DNA of 64,000 nt from the human T2T-CHM13v2.0 reference genome, Homo sapiens. A model generated the notes under the pieces. The model had not been told where the DNA came from and searched no databases. It saw only the letters and a program-made list of their open reading frames with translations. This document shows, piece after piece, positions 53,841 to 64,000 of this stretch (within the stretch, counting starts at the first letter, position 1; each line of letters starts with the position of its first letter). The DNA lies in assembly GCF_009914755.1 (NCBI RefSeq), contig NC_060926.1; one strand, given 5' to 3'. Made by a program: the position numbers and the translations under genes.

Positions 53841-56800
53841 ACACACTGTCTTGATTACTGCAATTTTATAGTAAGTCCTCCAACTTTGTTTTTCTCCTTC
53901 AATATTGTGTTGACTATTTGGGGATTTTTTGCCTCTCCATTTAAACTTCAGAATTAGTTTGTTGATGTTTACAAAATAACCTGCTGGGATTTTGATTGGG
54001 ATTGCACTGAATCTATAGAGCAAGTTGGGAAGAAATGACGTTTTGACAATATTGTGTCTTCCTATCCATGAACACGGAATATCACTCCATTGACTAAGTT
54101 CTCTGATTTCATTCATCGGAGTTTTTAGTTTTCTTCCTATAGATCCTGAACATATTTTGTTAAATTTAAACCTAAGCATTTCATTTTGGTGGGGGGAGGG
54201 TACTAATGTAAACGGTACTGTATTTTTTATTTCAAATTCTACTTGTTCATTGCTGGTACATAGGAAAGTGATTAACTTTCAAATATTAGTAGTTCATCCT
54301 GTGACCTTGCCATATTCAATTATTAGTTCTGGCAGGTTTTGGGGGTTTTGGTTTTCTTTTAATTCTTTCAGATTTATACATTGATAATCATGTCATCTGT
54401 GAACAAAAAGTGTTCTTTACTCCTTCTCAGTTTGTGTACCTTTTATTTCCATTTGTTGTCTTATTGCATTAGCTAGAACTTCCAGTACTACGTTGAAAAG
54501 TAGTAGTTAGAAAGCACATCCCTGCCTTATTCTTGATCTCATTGTTAAAGCTGCTAGTTTCTCACCATTAATATGATGTTAGCTGTAGGACCTTCATATG
54601 TATTTTTTTTTATCAAGTTAAGAAAGTTCTCTTCTATTCCTAATTAACTGAGAGTTTTTGTTATGAATGGGTATTGGATTTTGTTAAAAGCTTTTCCTCC
54701 ATCTATGTGGTTATTTTTAAATTATTTTTTTTTAGATAATTGTAGACTTACACAGAGTTACAATACAGAGTTGCAAGAAATAATACTGAGAGACTGGGGC
54801 AAGACAGCTGACTAGATGCAGCCAGGAGGAACATCTCCCACCGAGGGATGGGGCACGGGGAAGACTGGTGCACTTCTAGCAGATCTTCAGAGGGAAAGCA
54901 TCGAGGGTGGACAGAAGGAAAACACAGATGCTGGGTTGAAGTGGGAGAATTCTGGGAACCCTGCACAGGGCTACCATACACCAGGACTCATACCTGGCAC
55001 CCAGTGACTCCTGGGGAAGGGGTGAGTTGCAAATGCAAGGAATCTACTCTCACCACAGGCCTCTGGAATCCCAGCAGGTAGAGACCCCTTGACCACCACA
55101 GACACTTGAATTGGCAGGGAGAGCTGCTCAGAGAAGTGGTAGGGGAAGAACTCCAACCAGAGTAGAGCCTAGACATTTTTGTGTGGGAACATCTCAAGTG
55201 GAGCATGGCCAGGGTTGCCCATATCCCTAGGCTCAACTTGCTCCCATAGGAGACTTTAGCCCTAGAGAAACTGTAGGACCTGAACTCTGGAGGGTGATCT
55301 TGCCCATGAGACAGGGCTGGTCTGGCCTGAGCACCACTTGGTTTGCTGGCCTCTCCTGGGGCCCCAGCCTGGCCAAGTTTGCTTGTAGTGCTGCCCTCCA
55401 GGTACCTTCTGTACTGGTGAACTGCACCTGACCAGTACAGTACTCAAGCAGAGTGGCCCCAGTGGACATGCACAAGCCTGTCTGTACCCTCTCCCATCTG
55501 CAGCCTCCCTGATACTGCTTTGCCCTCACACATTTGCCCACAGCTACTCCCATATAACTTTGCTAGTACATGTGTACATGGGTGGACCTTGTCTTCCCTC
55601 CCCTACCAGCATGAGTGTGCATGTGCACCCTACTGTGCCACTGCTGCTGGCATAAGTGCACCTTCCTTGCCTTCCCCTGCTGCACCACCATTGTTGTTGG
55701 ACCTTTGGCAGGCACAGAGTCTGTCAGCCCCACACCCTCCAGCAACCCACTCCTGCACCAAAACTACTACACATGTGAAAGTAGACACAGAGGAAAGCAG
55801 ACTTGCCCCCATCCTAAGCAGCAACTGCTGCCTACAGAAACACACAGAGAGGGTGCAAACACCACCACTAGTGTGAATGCATGCACAGCCATTGGTGGAG
55901 ATCCCTGTCCCCCTGAGCCATGCTGTCAATGCCAGCTGCAGCTGTGAACACTCACACAGAGGCCAGCAGCTGCTGCAAATGCCCACATGGAGGCTGTGCT
56001 GTTAATGCTGGCTGTTGCTGCAAATGTCTGCATGGAGGCTTGGCACCCTGGCAGCCAACAGCACCCTGCCACAGCCAATAAGCATGCCCCTTTCTGCACT
56101 ACAACTGTAGCTGCTACTGAAATGTGCGTATGAGGTCAGATTCTTCTGCCACCGCCTTATGAAGTGTTTCGGCTAGTACCATCCAACAGAGTGTTATGAT
56201 CAGTGGTCTGGAAGCACATTAGCCCTTATAGCACAGGAGTTTACTAAACTTGAGGAGCCAGAGAACAAAGTGGGGAACCAATGCCAGTTTCCCAGAGTTA
56301 GAGCACACAGTCCAGGGGTCCTGACCTGAGCCAGAAATAAAACCAGTCAACAGAACTCCACTTAAACCATAATCAAATTGCAAAGGTGATTAAATACAAT
56401 AAAAGGTGAAAAAAAGCATCCAAAGGACAGCGACTTCAAAGATTGAAGAAATGTCAGCCCACAAAGATGAGAAAGAACCAGAGTAAGAACTCTGACAACT
56501 CAAAAAGCCAGAGTGTCTTCTTTCCTCCAAAGGACAGCACTAGTTCTCCAGCAAGAGTTCTTAATTGGGCTGAGATGGCTAAAATGACAGAAATAGAATT
56601 CAGAATATGGATAGGAATGAAGATCATCAAGATCCAGGAGATGAGACCCAGACTGAAACCCAATCTGAGGAAGCTAACAGTCACGATAAAAAGATACAGA
56701 AGCTGACAGACAAAATAGCCAGTATCAAAAAGAATGTAACTGATCTGATAGAGCTGAAAAACACACTATGAGAATTTCATAATGCAATTGCAAGCATTAA

Positions 56801-59800
56801 CAGCAGAATAGACCAAGCTGAGGAAAGAATCTCAGAGCTTGAGATTCTTTCTGGCTTTCTCAAATAAGACAGTCAGAAAAGAATAAAGAAAAAATAGTAA
56901 AAAGGAACAAGAAAAACCTGAGCAATATGAGATTATGTAAAGAGACCAAATCTACAACTCGTTGGTGTCCCTGAAAGAGATGGGGAGCATGGAAACAAGT
57001 TGGAAAATATATTTCAGGATATACTCCATAAGAACTTCCCCAACCTAGCTAAAGAGGCCAACATTCAAGTTCAGGAAATGCAGAGAACCCACACACAACA
57101 CTTCGCAAGAAGATCATCCCCCAAGACACATAATCATCTGATTCTCCAAGGCTGAAATGAAAATAAAAAATGTTAAAGGCAGCTAGATAGAAAGGAGAGG
57201 TCACCTACAAAGGGAAGCCCATCAGACAAACAGCAGACTTTTCAGCAGAAATCCTACAAGCCAGAAGAGATTGAGGGCCTATATTCAAAGAAGCAAATGC
57301 TGAGGAAATTCATTACCACCAGACCTGCCTTACCAGGGCTCCTGAAAGAAGCACTAAACATGGAAAGGAAAGACTTACCAGCCACTACAAAAACACAAGT
57401 ACACAGACCAGTGACACTATAAAGTGACAATACAAATAGGCCTGAATAAGAGCCAGATAACAACATGATGACAGGATCAAATCCACATATAACAATACTA
57501 ACCTTGAATGTAAATGGGCTAAATGCCCCAATTAAAAGGCACAGAATGGAAAGCTGGATAAAGAACCAAGACCCAATGGTATGTTGTCTTCAAGAGACTC
57601 ATCTCACATGCAATAAGACCCCAACGCTCAAAATAAAGGGATGGGGAAAAACCTACCAAGCAAATGGAAAACAGAGAAAATCAGGGGTTGCAATTCTAAT
57701 TTCAGATAAAATAGACTTTAAAACAACAAAGTTCAAAAAAGACAAAGAAGGACATTACATAATGGTAATGGGTTCAATTCAACAAGAAGACCTAACTATC
57801 CTAAGTATATATGCGCTTAACACAGGAGCACCCAGATTGATAAAGAAAGTTCTTAGAGACCTTCAAAGATACTTAGACTCACACACAATAATAGTGAGAG
57901 ACCTCAACACCCCACTAACAGATCACTGAGGCAGAAAATTAACAAAGATATTCAGGACCTAATCTCAACACTGGACCAAATTGACCTGATAGACATCTAC
58001 AGAACTCTCCACCAAAAAAACAACAGAATATACATTCTTCTCATTGCCACATGGCATATACTCTAAAATTGACCACACAATCAGACAAAAACAATCCTCA
58101 GCAAATGCAAATTAACTAAAATCATACCAACCACTCTCTTGGACCACAGCATAATAAAACTAGTATTCAAGATTAAGAAAATCATTCAAAACCATACTAT
58201 TACATGGAAATTACACAACCTGCTCCTGAATGATCTCTGGGTAAATAATGAAATTAAAGCAGAAATCAAGAAGTTCTTTGAAACTAATGAGAACAAAAAT
58301 ACAACATATCAGAATTTTGGGGACACAGCTAAGGCAATGCTAAGAGGGAAATTTATAGTGCAAAATACCCACATCAAAAAGTTTAAAAGACCAAAGTTAA
58401 CAGCCTAACATCACATCTAAAAGAAATAAGGAAGCAAGAACAAACCAACTCCAAGGCTAACAGAAGACAAGAAATAACCAAAAATGAAAGCTGAACTGTA
58501 GGAGATTAAGACACAAGAAATCATGCAAAAAATTATAAACTTAAGGTAAAGGGGTGGAAAAAGATATCCCATGAAAATGGACACCATAAGCAAGCAGGAA
58601 TAGCTATTCTTATAACAGACAAAACAAACTTTAAAGCAACAGGAGTTTAAAAAGACATAAAGGAACATTACATAATGATAAAAGAACTTGTTCAACAGGA
58701 AAATATCACCATCCTAAATGTATATGCACCTAACACTGGAGTTCTCAAATTTATACAACAATTACCACTAGACCTACCTAAAAATGAGATAGACAGCAAT
58801 GCAATAATAGTGGGAAAGCTCAAAATTCCACTGACAGCACTAGACAGATCATCAAGACAGAAAGCCAACAAAGAAACAATGGTTTTAAACTACACCCTAG
58901 AACAAATGGACTTAAGAGATATTTACAGAACATTCTATCCAACAATTACAGAATATACATTCTATTCATGAGCACATGGAACATTCTCCAAGACAGACCA
59001 TATGATAGGCCACAAAAGAAGTCTCAATAAGTTTAAGAGAATTGAAATTATATCAAGTACTTTCTCAAACCACAGTGGAATAAAATTGGAAATCAACTCC
59101 AAAAGGAACCCTCAAAACCATGTAAATGCATGGAAATTAAATAATCTACTCTTGAATGATCATTGGGTTAACAATGAAATCAAGAGGAAAATTTAAAAGT
59201 TATTTGAACGGAATGATAATACTGACACAACTTATTCAAACCTCTGGGATACAGCAAAGGCGATGCTAAAAGGAAAGTTTATAACCTTAAATGCCTACAT
59301 CAAAAACTCAGAAAGAGCACAAATAGACAATCTAAGGTCACACCTCAAGGAACTAGAGAAACAAGAACAAACCAAACTCAACCTCAGCAGAAGAAAAGAA
59401 ATAACAAAGATCAGTGCAGAACTAAATGAAATTGAAACAAAAGATAAAAACAATAAATGAAACAAAAAGCTGGTTCTTTGAAAAAATAAATAAAATTGAT
59501 ATACCATTAGTGAGATTAACCAAGAAAAGAAGAGAGAAGACCCAAATAAGCTCAATTAGAAATGAAACAGGAGATATTACAACTGATACCACAGAAATGC
59601 AAAAGATCATTCAAGGCTACTATGAACATCTTCATGTGCATAAACTAGAAAACATAGAGGAGATAGATAAATTCTGGGAAACATACAACCCTCCTAGATT
59701 AAACCAGGAAGAAATACAAACCATGAATAGACCAATTAACAAGCAGCAAGATTGAAAATGGTAACTTTAAATTTGCCAACAAAAAAAGTCCATGACCAGA

Positions 59801-60156
59801 AGATTCACACTGAATTCTATCAGACATTCAAAGAAGAATTGGTACCAATCCTCCTGACATTATTCTACAAGATAAAGAGGGAATCCTCCCTAAATCATTT
59901 TGTGAAGCCAGTATCAACCTAATACAAAAACTAGGAAAGGATATAACAAAAAAAGAAAACCATCAACCAACAATCCCTGATGAATATAGATGCAAAAATC
60001 CTTAACAAAATACTAGCTAACTGAATCCAACACCATATCAAAAAGATAATCCACCATAATCAAGTGTGTTTTATACCAGGGATTCAGGGATGGTTTAACA
60101 TACACAAGTCAATAAACGTGATATGCCACATAAACAGAATTAAAAACAAAAATCAT

Positions 60157-60502
<346 letters not shown>

Positions 60503-60622
60503 TCAGCATCGCTTTTTGATTAAAACCCTCAGCAAAATCGGCATAGAGGGACATACCTTAATGTAATAAAAACCATCTATGACAAACCCACAGCCAACAT
60601 GATACTGAATGGGGAAAAGTAG

Positions 60623-60760
<138 letters not shown>

Positions 60761-62416
60761 TAAAACTGTTGTTGTTTACTGATGATATGACCTTATACCT
60801 GGAAAACTCTAAAGACTCATCCAAAAAGCTCCTAGAAAGGACTAATATCCAGAACCTAGAAGGAACTCGAACAAATCAGCAAGAAATAAACAGGCAATCC
60901 TATCAGAAAGTTTTAGGATACAAAGTTAGTGTACACAAATTAGTAGCTCTGCTATACACCAACAACAACCAAGCTGAGAATCAAATCAAGAACTCAACCC
61001 CTTTTACAATACCTGCAAAAATAAAAATAAAATACTTAGGAATATAACTAACCAAGGAGATGAAAGACCTCTACAAGGAAAACTACAAAACATTGCTGAA
61101 AGAAATCACAAACAAATGAAACATATCCCATGCTCATGGATGGGTAGAATCAATATTGTGAAAATGACTATGCTGCCAAAAGCAATCTACAAATGCAATG
61201 CAATTCTCATCAAAATACCCCCATCATTCTTCACAGAACTAGAAAAAACAATCCTAAAATTCATATGGAACCAAAAAAGAGCCCACATAGCCAAAGCAAA
61301 ACTGAGCAAAAAGAACAAATCTGGAGGCATCACATTACCTGACTTCAAGCTGGACTCTAAGGCCATAGTCACCATAACAGCATGGTACTGGTATAAACAT
61401 AGGCACATAGACCAATAGAAAAGAATAGAGAACCCAGAAATAAAGCCAAATACTTAAAGCCAACTGATCTTCAACAAAGCGAACAAAAGCATAAAGTGAG
61501 GAAAGGGCATCCTATTCAACAAATGGTGCTGGAATGATTGGCAAGCCACATGTAGAACAGTGAAACTGGATCCTCATGTCTCACCTTATACAAAAATCAA
61601 CTCAAGATGGATCAAAGACTTAAATCTAAGACTGGAAACCATAAAAATTCTAGAAGTTAGATGTCAGGAAAACCCTTCTAGACAATGGCTTAAGAAAACC
61701 CTTCTAGACATTGGCTCAGGCAAAGACTTCGTGATCAAGAAGCCAAAACCAAATGCAACAAAAACAAAGATAAATAGATGGGACTTAATTAAACTAAAGA
61801 GTCTCTGCACAGCAAAAGAAACAATCAGCAGAGTAAACAGAAAACCCACAGAGTGGGAGAGAATCTTCACAATCTATACATCTGACAAAGGACTAATGTC
61901 AAGAATCTACAAGGAATTCAGACAAATCAGCAAGAAAAAAACAATTCTATCAAAAATGGGTTAAGGACATGAATAGACAATTTTCACAAGAAGATATACA
62001 AATGGCTAACAAACATATGAAAAAATGCTGAACATCACTAATGATCACTAAAATCACTAATCATCTAATCACTAATCACTAATCATCACTAAAAAATGCA
62101 AATCAAAACCACAATCAAATCAAAACATCAAAAAATAACAGATGCTGGCATGGATGTGGTGAAAAGGGAACACTTTTACACTACTGGTAGGAATGTAAAC
62201 TAGTACAACCACTATGGAAAACAGTGTGGGGTTTCCTTTAAAAACTAAAAGCAGAACTACCATTTGATCCAGCAATCCCACTACTGGTATCTACCCAGAG
62301 GAAAAGAAGTCATTATATGAAAAAGACACTTGCTCATGCATGTTTATAGCAGCACAATTCACAATTGCAAAAATATGGGACCAGCCATCAATTAACAAGT
62401 GGATAAAGAAATTGTG

Positions 62417-62420
<4 letters not shown>

Positions 62421-62490
<70 letters not shown>

Positions 62491-62506
62491 TGTATATATA
62501 TATATA
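62421..62506. repeat. Compound (TA)n(TG)n(TA)n microsatellite inside L1PB
   Basis: Seen directly. Confidence 0.95.
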
Positions 62507-63117
62507 CCATGGAATACTACTCAGCTATAAAAAGGAACTAAATAATGGCATTTTCAGCAACCTGGATGGAATTGGAGACCATTATTTGAAGTGAAATAAC
62601 TCAGGAATGGAAAACCAAACATCCGTGATGATGCAAAGGCATAAGGATGATACAACTGGACTCTGGGGACTCAGTGGAAAGGGTGGGAGGGGGGTGAGGG
62701 ATAAAAGACTACACATTGTGTACAGGGTACACTTCTCAGGTGATGAGTACACTAAATACTCAGAAATCATCATTAAAGAATGTATTCATGTAACCAAACA
62801 CTATTGAAATAAAAATATTAAAACTTAAAAAAAATTAATGAATCCAGGAGCTGTTTTTTTTAAAAAAATTAATAAGACAGATAGACCACTAACTAGACTA
62901 ATGAAGAAAAGAGAGAGGATCCAAAGAAACAACAAAGGGGATATTGCCACTGACCCCACAGAAATACAAATAGCTATCAGAGAATACTACGAACACCTTT
63001 ACATACACAAACTAGAAAATCTAGAAAAAATATGGATAAATTTCTGGACACATACACCCTCACAAGACTAAACCAAGAACAGATCAATAATGAGTTCTGA
63101 AACTGAATCAGTAATAG

Positions 63118-63219
<102 letters not shown>

Positions 63220-64000
63220 TGAAACTATTCCAAGAAATTGAGGAAGAGGGACTTCTCCCTAACTCATTAAATGAGGCCAGAGTCATCCTGATACCAAAAG
63301 CTGGCAAAGACACAACAAAAAAAGAACACTTTAGGCAATATCCTCGATGAACACTGATGCAAAAATCCTCAACAAAATACTACCGAACTGAATCCAGCAG
63401 CACATCAAAAAGCTAATTTACCATGATCAAGTGGGTTTTATCCCTGAAATGCAAGTTTAGTTCAACATACTCAAGTCAATAAACGTGAACCATCACATAA
63501 ATAGAACTAAAGACAAAAATCACATGATTATCTCAATAGATGCAGAAAAGGCTTTGGATAAGATTCAACAACGCTTCATGTTAAAAACTCTCAACAAGCT
63601 AGGTATTGAAGGAACATACCTCAAAATAATAAGACCCATCTATGACAAACCCACAGCCAACATGTGGGTTGGCTGAATGGGAAAAAGCTGGAAGCACCCC
63701 CCTTGAAAACTAGCACAAGGCAAGGATGCCCTTTCTCACTATTCCTATTCAACGGAGTATTGGAAGTCCTGGCCAAAGCAGTCGGGCAAGAGAATGAAAT
63801 AAAAGGAATCCAAATAGGAAGAGAGGAAGTCAAACTATCCCTGTTTGTAGATGACATGATTCTATATCTAGAAAACCCCATAGTCTCTCTCCAAAAGTTC
63901 CTTGATATGTTAAACAACTTCAGCAAAGTTTCAGGATACAAAATCAATGTACAAAAGTCACAAGCATTCCTATACACCAAAAACAGCCAAACCAAGAGCC

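Noticed and set aside
54748-55986. Cluster of overlapping ORFs in a GC-richer stretch
   Set aside because: They lie in the long 5'UTR of the old L1; ORF density reflects base composition.

Overview
This is primate (hominoid, human-like) genomic DNA, AT-rich and dominated by interspersed repeats. I could not support any host protein-coding exon, RNA gene, CRISPR array or prokaryotic system. Recognisable content: (1) the 5' half of a young full-length L1PA2/3-type LINE-1 on the minus strand (1-3261), with 5'UTR, antisense ORF0, an ORF1 kept open by two compensating deletions, and an ORF2 stopped at codon 415; (2) older L1 copies, including a twin-primed 5'-inverted L1PA7-like copy and an L1PB nested inside an L1PA15/16-type element; (3) about 13 Alu/FLAM copies, MaLR/ERVL solo LTRs (MLT1, MLT2, MST, THE1), MIR, L2 and MER5-type elements. 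Manual translation found two very decayed coding fossils that the ORF track misses: a Mag-like Ty3/Gypsy gag-protease-RT remnant (~33280-34765, +) and a hAT/Tip100-type transposase remnant (~7250-7900, -). Several repeat-poor blocks and one GC-box/ETS/G4 cluster are candidate regulatory elements. I found no demonstrably new biological system; the Gypsy fossil and the frame-rescued L1 ORF1 are the best leads. Subfamily names and boundaries of old repeats are from recognition by eye and are approximate.
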